A program made the position numbers and the translations under genes. A stretch of DNA of 64,000 nucleotides from Moniliella sp. 'wahieum'. Lineage: Eukaryota. Shown here piece after piece: positions 36,036 through 50,600 of the stretch (positions within the stretch are counted from its first letter, which is position 1; each line of letters begins with the position of its first letter). The stretch covers positions 1 to 64,000 of the forward strand of contig RSEE01000152.1 of the NCBI GenBank assembly GCA_003971905.1, read 5' to 3'. The notes below the pieces were generated by a model. That model made no database searches. It was given only the letters and a program-made list of their open reading frames with translations, and had not been told where the DNA came from.

Positions 36036-38803
36036 ATGGCTGACGTGGCTGCTGCCGCTGCGCTCGATCCGTTCGACTCCGGCGTCCGCCAAGCCCGCGC
36101 CTACTGCTCCTTTCTCTCCGACGCCTCGCCGCCGAGGCCCGCTACGCCGAGGACATCCAGCGTGTTCTCTCCCTCCATCGCGCCAGACCCGACACCCCCA
36201 CCGACACTGATACCGACGCCGATGCCGCTCGCTGGCGGCCCTCGGGAAAGAAGTCAGCCCCACCACCTCCTCCGCGCCCCACCGGGCATGCTGGCCGGGC
36301 CTGGCTGGCCATGTGCCATGCTGACGAGTACGAGGCGACGGCCCGGCTGAAGCGCGTGGAGATTGTCCGCCGTCTCGCGCTCGACCCGCTCGACGCTGGT
36401 GCAAGAACCAGGATCGTGCTCTGGGAATCTGCGGCACAATCTGCAAGCTGCTGTGCGTCTCTACCTCAATGCGCGCAACAAGTTGGTCCCCGAGGCTCAG
36501 AAGGCGTACGAGAAGCGCTGTACCGAGTGGGACGACCTGGTGCGCCAAGAAAGGCCGTGCAGATGCAACACCAGCTCCTCTCTGAGCGCCACCATACCCA
36601 TTGTCTGGGCCTGCCGATGCGTCCTCCTCCCGCACCTCTCTTGGCCCAGGCGGCGAGGCCGATGAAGATAAGGACTCATTGCCCGATGCGCGCAACGTAA
36701 GCGGCGAGCCCCTGAGGTCGTTCCCCAAAGTGCTCAAAGAGAGTGTGCCCAAACGCTCTACCATCTTCTCTCGCCGCCACAGGACATCCGATGTATCTGT
36801 CGACCACATGCCCGATCCGTCGGGGTTAGAGATCCTGCTGCGGAAAAAGACCAAGGTTCAGCGCGAAGCTGAGGAGCTCGACAACCAATACCGTAGTGCC
36901 GTCATCAAGCTGGAAACGCTGCGCTTGTCTGTCGTTCACTTTCTCAAGATGGCCCAGGACCAATGTCTCGCCCACCGAGCCCAGATGAGTGTCAAGGTGG
37001 TCCAGGCGTGGAGTGAGGACGAGAAGCAGACCAAGTTGCTGAACGAAGCAGTGCAAGGGTTCGAGCTCAAATGGAGCAAGTAGCGCTGAGTCATCGGGCC
37101 CACATCCAGAACGACGTACCCATGGTTGAAGCAGTTTCCTGTCCTTCAAGTCCCAACATACCTTACCACAACCAGTATGTCTCCTCCTGCCCCGAATCGT
37201 CCATGCCTCATGGATGCTGTGCAGCCCAGCGGTCGTACTGACCCACTTCTGTTTGTGATGTAGCTGGCATGGCGATGCAAAGGACCTGCTGTTTGGGGTC
37301 AAACTGATGGACTATGCCTCGAGCCACAACACGCCCTCGAAGCCGCCGCGCTACTGGTACAGAAGTGTGTCTCCTTTTTGGACACTTACGCGTTGGATGC
37401 TGAGGGGCTTTACCGCGTCTCGGGCAAGCGGACGGCCATTCAGGCCTTAGTCAATAAGGTGGAGCAAGATGAGAAGCAGTTCACCTTTGTCCCTGGCGTT
37501 GATGATCCGTCGTCGGTGGCAGGGCTGCTGAAACGGTACCTACGCGAGCTCCCTGACCCCTTCTGCCGCTTAGCCGGGAGACAACGACGCTCATCTCCAG
37601 TCACGAGATGAGGAGATCCAGATGGGGTGGCCGTTCCTGCGCAAAAGATACGTTCGCAGCCTGTTGTGCACCAAGTAACGCTGCAGGTCATCCTCGAACA
37701 TCTCGGCCGCGTGGCTGCGCATGAAGAACAGAACAAGATGTCGGCCTCTAACTTGGCCCTGGTGCTTGGGCCGGTCATTTTTTGGGGGGCCCAGGGGGAA
37801 CAGAACTTGCTGCCTGGACCGGACCAAGAGACGACGATGCAAGACCTGATTCGGTATGGCCGGCATATCTTTGAAGACCTGAAGGGTGTTACTCCTTCCC
37901 GTCCACTGCGACTGCGCCCCCGGCGCCACCGACGCCTTCGATCTCGGTGGAAACGGCGGTGCAACAACGTCCAGACCGCATCCCTCGACTCGGGTCGTGC
38001 GCCCGGCCGTCCGCCGGAAAGGTAAGTGACCTGGTTCGAAAGGGATCAGTGGCCCTGACCGGACGGGCGCGGGGTCGTTGACCACGTACCGACGCCAACC
38101 TTCGCCATTGATGGCCTCGGGTATTCCTCCCCTACGTTGGTAGGTTCTAAGGACCAGGGGTTAGCGATGACAACTGGACATGGTTCGTCGGGTTTGCAGG
38201 AGCATATGACCAACGTTTCTCCTACTGATGCTTCAATCGGCCACCCTTCCTCTGCTTCGACAGGACGGTGGTCACCGGCATTGGCCTTATCATCTCCGCG
38301 TCCCTCCTCCCCATCCGGATTGATCATGCCCAAGAGAACAGACATGACGCCCGAAGTGGAACCAGTGGATGTGCAAGAGAACCCCTTCCAGGCTCCCGGA
38401 TTGCAGCCGCAGGCTGTGTCGGCACAAAAAAAGGAGGTCCCGTTCGTACCGCCGCGGCGCCGGGATTGTGCACCGGCCGATGGCTCAGCGTCCGCCGGCG
38501 GTCCAAACGGTCCAAGCGAGGCCTGTTAGCAGCAGTTCGTCCCTTGCCCTCCCGTCGGCGGCGAGTGCCCATTCCCACCCTCCGCAGCTACGGCCGCTGG
38601 CCTTCCCGAACAGCCACTCTCGATGCTGGCGGTTGGGCCGTTGGGCGCGACACCGGAAGCTGTGCGCGAGCAGGACGAGCACGACGGGCGCGCCAGGTGA
38701 GGAGGAAGTGCGGATGGGGACGTATACGGCAGCGAGCCAGGCGCTGCTCCCGCCGTCGCCAGGGTCGACATCGTCGTCGTCGTCGAGTTCGGACTTGCGA
38801 TGA
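36036..38803 (+). CDS. Rho GTPase-activating protein (helical, possibly F-BAR-like, N-terminus + RhoGAP + Pro/Ser-rich tail)
   Basis: LFGVKL..Y, LVQKCV...EGLYRVSG (arginine finger), SVAGLLKRYLRELPDP, HLGRVAAHEEQNKMSASNLALVLGP. Confidence 0.88.
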
Positions 38804-39262
38804 GCTTGGACGGCAGGAGGGATGGATGGTCGATGAAGAAGGGAGGCAGAGGATGGATGATGAAAATGGATGATGCATACCAGTCTTCCACGTCCGTAAC
38901 GCGTAACATGTAACACGCAGTGCCCAATCTGTGATCTGCGATCTCAGTCTGAGTACTCATCCACGGACCGAGCGGGAGCAGCGTGGAGGGCGACGCGGAC
39001 GGGGCCGAAGACAGACAGAGTCCTAGCTGGGTCCGTGCGCTCGCACTTGTCTTTGCCTGCGCTTGGCTGCCCAGGCCGCGCTCGCGCCCTCGGGTGTGAT
39101 TCACGAATGTGATATGATGTCATAGCGATCGTCGGCCAGCCTGGTTGGATCGCAGCCCGTTTGTTGCGTTTCGTGCGTGGATCGGAGCCTGCCCGACCAT
39201 CCTTCCCGCTCGCGCCGTTTCATCTCGCCACCACCACCACCGCCACATCCTGCTTGCCCACC

Positions 39263-40164
39263 ATGGCGCTCCACTATCTGCTCTCCTTCATCATTCTCCT
39301 GCTGGAGATCGTCTTCTTCTTGTCCTGATCGCACCGCTTCCCTTTGCTGCGCGCCGCAAGCTGTTCCACTTCCTTGCCTCGCCGCCGCGGTCGTGTGCAG
39401 TACTGGTTCAAGATCACCTTTATCTTTGTCGCCGTTCTCTTTGTGGATGCGTGTCAGAAAATGGTGCTGCGGCCCGCCACCTGCACGAGCTGGAGAAACA
39501 GTTCGGAGGAAGGGCTGGGTCAGGCGGCGGTGCTGCCTCGGTGGCAGCCGCGGGCGGGAACGCGAATGCGCTCGCGTCCAAGTTCTACACGGAGCGCAAC
39601 TTTTACCTCACTGGGTTCACGCTGCTACTTGGTCTGTACGTTTGTCTTGGTCCCCTGTTGTAGAACGAAAATCGTAAACACTGAATGAGAGGGGGGAAAA
39701 GAAAAGCTAACTCTCCAACCCTTTTCTTTTCCTTTTCGATCTGGACGCAGGATTCACTCGCGTGTCTTTCGTCTGATCACCGAACTGATCGAAACGCAAG
39801 AGGAGCTGTTTGCGCTCGAAGCGAAGAGAGACTGCCCCGCCCCCCAAGGAAGCGCTGCCGAGGTGGAGGCCAAGTACCAGCAAGAATTGTATGTTTGTTT
39901 TCCTGATCTTGATTTTGATCTTTCTTTTCTTCTTCTTTTGTGCCTCTTTGGTTGCTCTTTCCTCTCTCTGTGATGGATGGTCGATCAGATGATCGATGAT
40001 CGCAATCCTGGTCGTGCCCTATCGTCCTAACCCCATTCTTCTCTCTTCTTCCCCGCACAGCCGTTCTCAAAAAGCAGACAGAGCAGCAGCAAGTCGAGTA
40101 CAACCGTCTTTCTGATCAGCTCGCGCAAGCAACCGGAAACGTGAGCAACAAGCGCGTCGATTAA
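39263..40164 (+). CDS. BAP29/BAP31 (Yet1/Yet3-like) ER membrane protein
   Basis: MALHY..LLEI..LIAPLP, FIFVAVLFVDA, KFYTERNFYLTGFTL, C-terminal LKKQ..QQVEYNRL..SNKRVD*; two introns. Confidence 0.9.
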
Positions 40165-40847
40165 TCAGAAGTACGAGGTCCAGACCTCTCCCCTTTTCCT
40201 CTTCTCGGCGGGGGTCTGGTTCGTCCTAGGATCACACGCAATTCGGAGCCCTCGTCCCATCCCAAGAGGGGGGGGTGAGGTGAGGCCTGAGGCTGAGGGG
40301 TGATCGATGACGAACGTCATCGCTAAACGCTGAACTCCGGCCCCCAAAGTCTGACATGTACTAGTACTGTTCCAACGCTTCTAGATAAGGGTCTTACAAT
40401 CGCACGTTTGAGAGGTCACAGTGTGAACCTACATCGCCTCATTGAGTGCGGAGGGCAGGGGCAAGCGGGAGGGAAGAATGCAAAGCGCAGTGGTGGAACG
40501 TGGAACAGAAACCTAATTTGAAACGTGCCACGGGAGTAGTTTCGGGGAAAGGGGGTAAAGCGCTGGCCGCGCCGTAGCGGCGGTTGATGGGGAGAAACCG
40601 AAGACGGAGACAGGGGCTAAGGGGCAGGGGAGGGCTAGGTGAGGTGAAAGGGAAGAGAAAGCAAAAAGATGATGATTGCGAAAGAGGAGGGCAGAAGCAT
40701 GTGGCGAGCTGCTTTTTGGTGGGAAAAAAAGAAGAGGACGGGTAACAGCAGAAGAAGGAATGGGGAATGATAAGAACAGTTGGGTAGAGAAGAAAGTGCG
40801 AGAGACAAGGCAAGTACAGACACCCATAAAAGAGGCGCAAGCAAGTC

Positions 40848-43800
40848 TTATGCCGCCGTCGTGTCTGCCGTCGTCCGACTCACCCAACGCAGCAACCTCG
40901 TCATCTTTCATCTCCGACACGATGGCTAACGCGCCCTGTACATCCGCCGGCAGCTGAGCCAGGAGCGCATCGAACGCCGCCGGGTCGACGACTGGAACGT
41001 CTGGCGCCATGCACGGAAGGCATCGTACATCCGTAGCTTTTCCAACGCCGACTCGTACACTGCATCGTCGTCATCCAGATCCTCCTCTTCTTCTTCATCC
41101 TCGTCCAGGTCGGGAACAGTTTCACCCGCCGCAATCGCTTCCCGACGTTCCTCTTGCTTTTGCCGTTTGGCTGCGGCCGCCAACAGCATCTCGTACAGCT
41201 CGTTGGCGTCATTGTTCACATCCGCATCGTCGGCAAAGTCTTCCACCAACCCATCCTCGTCCCCGTCCAGCAGTTCCTCCAGATCCCCATCCTCCAGCAG
41301 ATCCGCCAGCTCCTTTTTGCGCGACACCACCTCGGGGTACTTGGCCAAGAGCGTTACCACACCCGAAAGAAGTAGGGGTGCCACTGCCTGAACCTCCGCC
41401 GGCATCGACGCTGCCGGGAGGCCGAGTAGGGCAAGGAACGAGAAGACGCCCACGCGACATTCGTGCATCCGAGCAAACTTGGTTGGCACGCGGGGGGATG
41501 GCTTGCAACACTGGGGTGAGCATGCCTTGGGACGCAAGTACCTGCAGGGCCAGGGGTGCATTGGCAATGAATGTGTCGAGCACCACAATGTCGGTCCACC
41601 GCCGGATCGAGGTGGAGGTGGTGGCGGGAGCAACGACGATGTGTACAACGGGCTGCAAGAGGGCAGCCAAGTGTTCGTCCCATGCGCCCGGCATGCGCGC
41701 AGCAGCATCGAGTCCATCAACTTGCACACTTCGACCGGTTCCAATTCGGCGCGTCGCGACGCCATTGGCTCAAGCAAATTTCCACCAACGCCTTCTTGTA
41801 CGCTGGGTTCTGGGCAATGGTCTGGCCACCAAAGGTGATAAAGTTGCTGAGGGGCGATTGGACTTCGTGATGTAATCGGACCCCCAGTCGAGCAGGATCT
41901 CGCTCGTCAGCTCAAACACGCGCCACATGGCCGGCGAGATGAACTGCTGGTTAAAGGTGAGGAGTTCAACCAGGTCGTACACTTCTTCCGTAAATTCAGA
42001 CCGCTTGTTCTCCAGGGCAAAGATGATGGCCGGAGGAGGTCTGCTCAGCTGAGCGAGGATTTGCTGTGTTGTCGGCGGCCGAGACGAGTTGGTACATGGT
42101 ACTCAGCGAGGCCATCGCAGCAAACATTTGGTTTCCGTTTCGGGCGTGGCACCCGCTCAGGTCGCCCGACTCCTCCGCTGTCTGGGCAGCGGCGTTCATC
42201 TCATTGACAAGACGGATAAAGCTGTCGCGAGTTGGGTGGCGAGTTCAACGGCGAACGGGAGCAACTCGGTAGCAAGTTGTCCACCACCTGCTCTTGGGTG
42301 CGCAGTCAGCACCGCATAGATCCGTCTTGTCCGACAAGGCCAGCAGTTCCTGCATCAGACGGCCCGCATTGGCCGCACAAGCAGCGTGGACATCATCGTG
42401 ACTGATCAGCACACCAAGCGCCTCGGCCGCCTGGAGACGCACGGGCAGCGCCATCGAGGGTTCCATCAAGCAAGTCAGCACCCCCTGGAAGGCAGCGCCG
42501 AGGTAGCCGTGTTGGTCCAATTCATGCCCGCCTCGTCAAATTTTTTGATGACCTAGGCAGGCACGGAACTGGAGGAGAGGCTGTGCCGTGTTGGCGAGTT
42601 CGGGGATGACCTGGGTGCTCATGAAAGTGTCCATTGCGGTCCCACCGTATTGTCGTTGACCATCGTGAGGCACATGGCTCCCGACAGGCGGAGCGCGCCT
42701 TCCTTTTCGACGGCCGAACGCTGGCCCGAGGCGGCGGCGGTCATGACGGCTTGCAAGAACGCGAGAACGGGGTGGAAGGTAGCCGACTTGCGCTTTGATA
42801 CAGCGGTGCGAACAAAGGCAAAGGCGATCCCAGCGGCGGCGTGCCAAACTCTTCGGTCGGGTCCATCTGTTCCCGAATAAAAGTGATGGGCTCGTCCTCA
42901 AACTTCTCAATCTCCTCCTGGTTCATGCACAGGATCGGGAAAGCGAACGACTCGATGAGTGTCTGGATTGAGGCTTGATCCGCGACCAAAGTCCCTTGAC
43001 CAAGATGCAGTCGTGGTAGAACTCAAACATGGAGATCTTGACGACCGGGCTGAGGTACTGGCCGCTGACAGCGAGTTCGGTCTGGTGCAGGTACGCACGG
43101 AGGATTTCGGGGGCAAACTGTTCGGAAAAGGTGTGGCAAAGGGTTTGTACTGCTTCATGTTGCTAAGCAGTTGACTTGGGTTGCCATAGCGGCGGTTGAG
43201 CTTGCCCAGGACGCGGTACGCCCACTTTTTGGCCTTCCACCACGGCGCCGTCGCCTTCTCGTCTGGATCTTCCGGCAAATTCGAGTCATCCACCTGCTTG
43301 GCAATGGTAGCGAGGAAGATGGCCCCCCAGCTGGCAATGCTCTGCTGGAGGTGCGGGGGCAAAGGTGAGAGACGGTGCGGAAGTAAGTTTTGACAATCAC
43401 GTGCAGCAGTTCGCCGGCGTCCTGGTTGGATGTGCATCGGGAGCATCGAGCAGGCTGCGCGACATTTGAAGGAGCTGAGGGAAGGTCTGGACACACATGG
43501 TCTCCACCACATCGTCCTTGATGTTCCACCGCAACGGCGGGCAAGGACGAGGAGCGCGCGGGCGCCGGCGCCAATGGTGGGCAGGTCGCCGCTGTTGAGG
43601 GCCTGGACAATGGAGGGAAGGAGCTCGGGCCATTGTTCAAGGAATTGGTCGGGGACCATGTAGTAGAGAGTGCTCATGGCGTGCACGCGCAACCGGGGGG
43701 GGAGGGGGCGAGCGAGGGGAGGAGGGCGTGCTTGAGCGCGAGCTTGTCGGCGTCGTCGATGGGGGCGCCGGTGCCGCCGGCAGCAGAGGGCGGGTGGGCG

Positions 43801-44033
43801 AGGGCAGTGGATTCCCAGCCACGGCGGACGCGGTTCTTGACCCAGATGGCAGCGGCCTGCCGGTGGGCCAGGTCGGCCTCGGGGTTGGTGACGATGTGGA
43901 AGACAGAAGGCAGGATGCCGTTCTGGCGCTCGAGGGCGCGCAGCTCGAGCTCGGCGGCCTTGCGGACATTGGGGTTCTGGTCGAAGGAGGCGCCGAAGAG
44001 GGCGTAGAGGTCCTGGAGCGAGGGGGGCGGCAT
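40848..44033 (-). CDS. Importin-7/8 family karyopherin (Nmd5/Sxm1-like)
   Basis: IBN_N domain PNVRKAAELEL...RQAAAIWVKNRV..GW, WPELL, WWKAKKWAYR.L.KL..RYGNP, FISPAMW, acidic C-terminal loop. Confidence 0.9.
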
Positions 44034-45794
44034 GGGGGCGGGCGGCGACGGAGGAGGCGGGGGTGGGGGTGGGGGGGGGGACCGGGGAGGCGGGGTGGCT
44101 GGCTGCGTTTTGGGGGGCGGCGTGGGTTTGTTTTTTTCTTTTTTTTCTTCGAGTGCAACACGGCCGCTGCCCCAGGCGCCACCGCCGGAGCGCCGGGCCA
44201 ACCCTAGCGCTGCCGCCCGCGCGGACGGCGGTGTGGTTTCATATTGCAGCTGCCGTTGCCGCCCCGGAGTCCCAACACAATGAACACTCGACGCTGGGTG
44301 CGTGCCTCTCGTCTTCCCTGCCGTCTCTTGTGGGTGTCGGCCGGCACCAGCGTATCCTCGGGGCAGTGTGGGAGTGCCATCTCGTTCAAATCCAAGCGGA
44401 GCAGCCGGCAGCCATTCCCTCGGAGAGGATGGGCTCAGTGGACTGTGAGCATAATGCCAGTACTCTTGAGCAAGAGAAGGCCAACACTCACCCACCTATA
44501 CGAGGGAGACGGCGTCAGGACCACCCAATCTGTAGAAGACAAAGGAGCAGGCGGTTGATGGTGTATAGCATTGCACATGAGCCACAGAGGCTAGAGAATA
44601 TTCCCGCACTCCAGGACGGAATATTGCAAGGAACTATGAACGCGACGGTTCCGGGCTTGGGCTACCGGCGCCACTACACCAGCGTTGCGTCACACATTCT
44701 ATCTGTCCAACATCCTGCAGAGGAATACAAGAACGGCCAAAAGTACCAGGGACACACTCAAAATGATCCAACTAACACTAGTATCACCTCCTGGTCATCA
44801 CAACGTGCGTGGAATACTATAGGAAAGATGGCCCACACGTAGTAATGTCGCACCTCTCTTCTTACCAGCTCATTCCTTCGCATCCCCTCCCCCCCGCGGC
44901 CATGCACGGTCAGGACACAAGCTCCGCCCATACCCGCTTAGCGGGGTGAGCACGGCGCTCTTTGGGAGACATGGGTTAAGGCGGTCCTTCATCATGAAAT
45001 GCATCAAACCTCTTGGGCTGAGTAGACCGACATCACATTACGTCACATGTCACATGCGCGCCCGTCGCTCTTGAATTCCGCAGCAGGGCGGAGTTGTCTG
45101 CAGATGATTGCGTCATCACCTGTGACTGAAGCTCTGAAGGATTCGATCACCACATCACCACATCGCCGCATCACCACATCACTTGCCACATATGCGGAGC
45201 TAACTCCACCGAGCATTGAAGCTCGAACAGCGAACTGGAAGGAGCACAAGAAATTGGGCTTCAACCTTCACGAGCTTCAACCGCCTCAACGTTCAACGAT
45301 TGGCAAGCCCATCAGCCTTCCGGAGGTTAAGCTGGGTTGGCCCGGTGACCATCAGTTCGTAGCCCTCCTTAAAAAGGCATCGAAAGCCTAATATACTAGG
45401 GGCGCGTTCGCAGCCTTCGTCGCGACCCGCCCGCGTTCGATCCATCGGGGGCTGGGACAAGTCGGCCCAATCCTGCGCGTGTTTCCGTGGTGCAGGTGGC
45501 CCGTCCGCAGGTGGCCCACGCCAAGTCGCGACCACAAAATAGCCAGGTGCAAGCGGGAGGGTTATCGATTTGATGGCCCTCATATTATGTTCTGCCCCCC
45601 TGACGGGCTCCTCTCCTGGTGCCTGGACATCTCTTCCTTTCATAGGCAACAGTTTTAGTTAATGATCTTCATAGCCTGCATGATGCATGGCCGGTGACCG
45701 GTGACCAGAGGGCGCTATGCGTGCGGTTGAGGCTTAACTTGGCGATGGCGGTTGGGAGAAAAAGATGTGGGAATATAGATACGTGTGTAATCTC

Positions 45795-47340
45795 TCAGCT
45801 GCTGAGCTGAGCCAGGCTGAGGCCATGCTGAGCCTGAGTCTGCTTGAGCGCGCAGCTGAGCCGCAGCTGAGCCCGAGCAGGGCTCAAAGCGGCCTTTGAC
45901 CGCTTAACGCTAGCTAAGCTCAGGCTGAGTTCTGCTTCTGCTGCCTGTCCATGTTCGCGCCGACTGCAGGACTGAGCCTGAGTCTGAGCGCGCTCCTCCT
46001 CAGCGTCCACATGCTCTGCTCAGCTTATTGGGTGGCTGTGGGACCTGGGTGCCGCCCATACTCAGAGTCTCAGTGCCCTACCCCAGTATCTCAACAGGAG
46101 CCTGGTCGATGGAACATGGCAGAGAGTACTCATCTGTTGAACACTCCAACTGAGTGAGTGCACAGAGCACTGACATGACTGACAAGGGATGGAGTGGATA
46201 GAGCGTAACTCAGAATTTCAGACCTCCTATAAAAAAAGGAGCCATCCAAACAAAGCGGCTCGCACCCTGCCTTGGGAGGAAGGCACTGGGAACGGTGAGC
46301 GCTGAGCGTGAGCTGAGGCTCAACTCAGTACACTCACCGGTCGCCATTCAGATATTCAGGCGAGGCACAGCTGACACAGCCAATTTGCCGCACGCGCGGT
46401 GGTGGGGCTCATAGTCATGAGCCCGGCACGTGGCCGCTCAGCCTGAGCCATTCAATATTCAACGGCTCCCCAGTGCTGTGCCTCTGGCTTCAGCCACTGC
46501 CATGTGGCGTGGGCGCGCGGCGTTGGACCCTGGAAGGAAACAGTCTGGTTTGGACACAGTCTGGGTTCCTGTCGGCCTTATTACGCACACGGCACTCACT
46601 CAGCTCTCCACCACAGTGGGGGTTTGTGTGGCCCCGTCCGCTCGTCGAAGTGTTCAGCACGTCAAACAACCACTGTTCAGCGCTCAGCGGTTCAGCGCTC
46701 AGCGAGCGTTCAGACGTTCAGCTTCAGCCATTCCCTATTCATTCAAGAATTCAGATCGCAGATGGGCGGCGGTGCAACAGCCTGCAGCAGCTGGCAGGCG
46801 CACCAGGGCAGCCGAAGAGCCTGGCGAAGGATCATTCTATCATAGAGGTGACGTGGGTGGCAGCGGAGATGTGAGACGTGGGGCTGCCCAAGCTGCCCAG
46901 GCTGCCCAGGCTTGCCAGACAAAGGAAGAGACAGGAGGAGGCCCAATCCATGAGGGAGACAAGCGCGGCAGGAGCAAGCGGGTATGTAGGGATGTCGGTG
47001 GATGTCAGTACATGTCAGTTGCACCAGGCAGGAGCGCAGGTGGTGGTGGACGAGAATTCGATGACGGAGCACAGCCCCGAGACGAGCGCGGCGCCGCGCC
47101 AGACGGGTGCAGGCAGGTGCTCCTATGATGCGCTCAGCGCTCAGATGCACACGCGCGCCCAGCACAGCACCGCAAATCGCGCATGGTGAATGGGACGCGC
47201 TGCATGGCAGGCAGGAGCAGGAGCACGCGTCAATCTTCCATTCGCTGAGCGGGAGCTCGCTGGTGCAAGTGAATGTGATGGCGCTGATGCTGCTGAGAAG
47301 CACTGCTGTGAGAAGCTTCAGCTGAAGCCTATGAAGCTCA
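45795..47340 (-). mobile_element. Possible non-autonomous hAT relic with GCTGAG/CTCAGC-rich repeats
   Basis: Dense GCTGAG/CTCAGC/TTCAGC motifs at 45795-46030 and 46675-46730. Minus ORF 46743-47303 contains PLSEWK...AVLGA..SAERII...RRRARL, resembling the hAT C-terminal dimerisation motif. No clean TIR or TSD found. Confidence 0.4.
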
Positions 47341-47667
47341 CTGGACGCCCCGTCCCTCCCAGATGTTCGATCATCACAACTCGATCAATGAGATCATGAT
47401 CATCGGCCATCATCGATCCTGCACCCATTCGCACCCAGGGTGCACTTCGTACACTCAGTACACCCAGTACACTCAGTTACTGGAACCGCTGTCTGATTAT
47501 AGAACGTCATGCGTCATGTCCTCATCTGTCGTTCGTCATCTACTCCACGAAGCCTGCCCTCGACCCTCCCGCCCTCCTGCTCCCCTCCCCTCGTCCCAAG
47601 CCCGGAGCCTCAGGCCTCAGCATCCACTCGCAGCGTCTCGCCCATCCCCACCATCATCTCCCCTATA

Positions 47668-50600
47668 ATGGCCCGCCGTCTCGCCGGTATGTTCGGCCTC
47701 GACTCGGGCCGCCATCCTCCTACCAGCAGTCCTGCTGGCCAGCCGGACCCCATCGCTGCTCATCCCGTCGACCCTGCCCCCCAGCCGTCGTCGGAAGATG
47801 TCCTGGCCAAGCCAGCAGACGCCGCCGCTGCACCCGGCCTTCTTCCCAGCCCTACCGTGGCCGAACCGAAGAAGGTGCTTCGGGCAGCCCACACTGCCCA
47901 CGCTCCCCTCCACACGGGTCCTGACACGGGCAGTCCCCTCGGCGCTTCTTCCCTCCCGCAGGGCTCACCTGCCCCTCCGTCCATCCCCCATCCATCCGCC
48001 TTGACGAGCGAGCAAGTGCTCCGAGGCGGAGCAAGTCACAGTCAGGCGAGCAGCATCGACGACGCCGAGTCCCAACGTCACTACCTGTCTCCCCAACCTC
48101 CGTCCAGTCATGGCCCGAGCCCTGCCTCGTTTGACACTGTTCTGGAACCTTCTTCGACCGACGCGCCGCTTCGGCGGGACCATCTGATATATCCCAGCCC
48201 CGTTCGAGCAGTGCCGAGCGTATCCCTGTTCAACTCAGCAGTGACGCTTCATCTCAGTCTCCCGGAATACGGCATCATCAGCGCCCCCCTCCGCCCACGG
48301 CCTGGCCGCGCACCGGCATCCCAGCTGTGATCACGTCTCCCGAAGGCCTGGCCCGGCGTCAACGCAGTCCCGGTCATTCGCGGCACTCGTCGATGACGGA
48401 CCAAAATCCGGCGCTGACGGCTTTGATGGGCTTGGATTCAGCCTATCCCTACCCGCGCTCAATGTGCACACGCCCAACAACGCAGTCTCGCCCACTCGGT
48501 TGATGCGTCTCATCCTTCGTCGCCGGGCGGTGGGTCGGTAGACCAGCGCCACGTTGAATCCTCCGCAGTGTGCCCCACCCGCATCCTCGCGGGTCAAACG
48601 GACAATAGCAGTGCGGCGGTGTCCCCTCACAGTGCCGTTTCCCCGCTCAAAGGGTCCGGGTCGAGCGAGTCGCCGTACTCTCCGCACACGCCTATCACCC
48701 GCGACGGCACGGGCAGGTTTGGGTTCCGAGACATTATTGATCTAGCCACCATGAGTCCGCTTGACTTTTGAGTGTGACCGAGGCGGAGTCGGACGACGGT
48801 CTGCACGATCCCGAGATGGGCGAGAAAACGTCTAAGGGGTCATGGTCGAACCAGCGCGGAGCAGGTTGCTGCGTCGGGGAACGCATCCGCGCCGGAACTA
48901 TCGCCAAGAGGTGCGGGAAAAAGAGGCGGAGGCGGCTGGGGAGGCAGGCCCCAAGCCGACCGCGTGGAAAGAGATGGAACGGACGGGGGTGCGCGGCGTA
49001 GTGAATTTGGGTACGGTGTTGATTGTGATTTTGGGGGTGTTGATGTTGTTGCTGGTTACCCCATCTACAGCCACTACCATGGCCTGTACAAGTACTCCAA
49101 GCTGGGTGTATGGGCTGGGAGGTGCCAACAGTTCGGGCCAAGTGGGAAGCGCTCTACCGGGCATCCGCACCACCTTGATCGACCCCGATACACCCCGGGA
49201 TGCCTATACGCGATTGGGCGAGGATGGTGTGACAACGTACGAATTGGTCTTTTCCGACGAGTTCAACACTCCTGGCCGCAGTTTTTACCTGGTGATGTAC
49301 GTTGTTTTCATCTTTGTTTTTGGCATGTGTCGTGGGGGTGTGAAAGAGAGGAAGAATACTGATGGACATGTGATGCGCTTGCCTGCCTCCCCCCACAGGA
49401 CCCCTTTTGGGAAGCTGTCAACCTCAACTACTGGCGTACGTACCGTTGACTACTCGTTCTCTCCGTTCTCTTGTCGCGGTCTCTGTCGTCTTTTCTAACC
49501 GATTGTTCTGGAACCTACCCCGTTTACCTTGTGCAGACGAAACGAACAATTACGAGTGGTATGACCCTGCCGCCGTCACGACGCGCGACGGAGCCTTGAC
49601 AATTTCGCTCACCCAGCATCCCGAGCACAACCTTAACTTCCGTGGGGGGATGATCCAGTCGTGGAACAAGTTCTGCTTTACAGGTGGAATCATTGCTGTC
49701 AGTGTCCGTCTTCCTGGTCAAGCCCGAGTCGCAGGGCTGTGGCCAGCGATTTGGATATGGGCAACCTCGGCCGTGCTGGGTACGGTGCTTCGCTAGAGGG
49801 GACCTGGCCTTACACGTACGATAGCTGTGACACGGGCACGTTGGCCAACCAAACCAATCCTGCAACTGGTATGTTCCTCTCTGAGTTCCCCTTTGCTTGT
49901 TGTTTGCCTTTTTTTGGCCTTTGGCCCGCGGCTCGGTGGAAGAGGAAGGGATGTGGCTGACCGTTTGAACTAGGTATGCCCAACTCGACGCTCCTCGGCG
50001 ATTGTATGTTTAACGGGCAATTTGGCACCAAGGCGTTAAGTTTTCTTTCGGCCAACGGCTTTCGTCGTGCACTGTCCTGGCGGAGGACCATCCTGGTCCG
50101 CAGAACAAGGAGGGACGTTCAAGGGCCGTGCCGCCCGAGTTGGGACATTTTCGAAGCTCAAGTGAGTTCAACCGAGGGTATGACGGTCAGTCAAAGTCTG
50201 CAGTTGGCGCCGTTTAACGCGTACAAGCTCTCCCATCCCGCCGAGGCTGTACAACAACCAATCCCGCACCAATTCCTACACGGGTGAGCGCACGCAGCAA
50301 GCCGCGTCCGGAGTCACTCCCACGGACCAGACCGCGGTACAATACCTCAACGATAGCTCGCCTGGCATTTTTGCGGACTATGCCGTCGAGTACAGCCGGG
50401 GATACGATGGGTTCATCAAGTGGGAGGCGGATGGACGGCCAGCGTGGATGTTAAATTCGAGTCAATTGGAGGCCGACCCAGTGGCTGGAATCTCGCGGCG
50501 GCCTATCCCGGAGGAGCCGCTGTACATTATTATGGTGCGTGTTTCCCCCTTTCCCTCTTCCCCCACTATACCGAGAGAATGGTAGATACTGACCTGGCTC

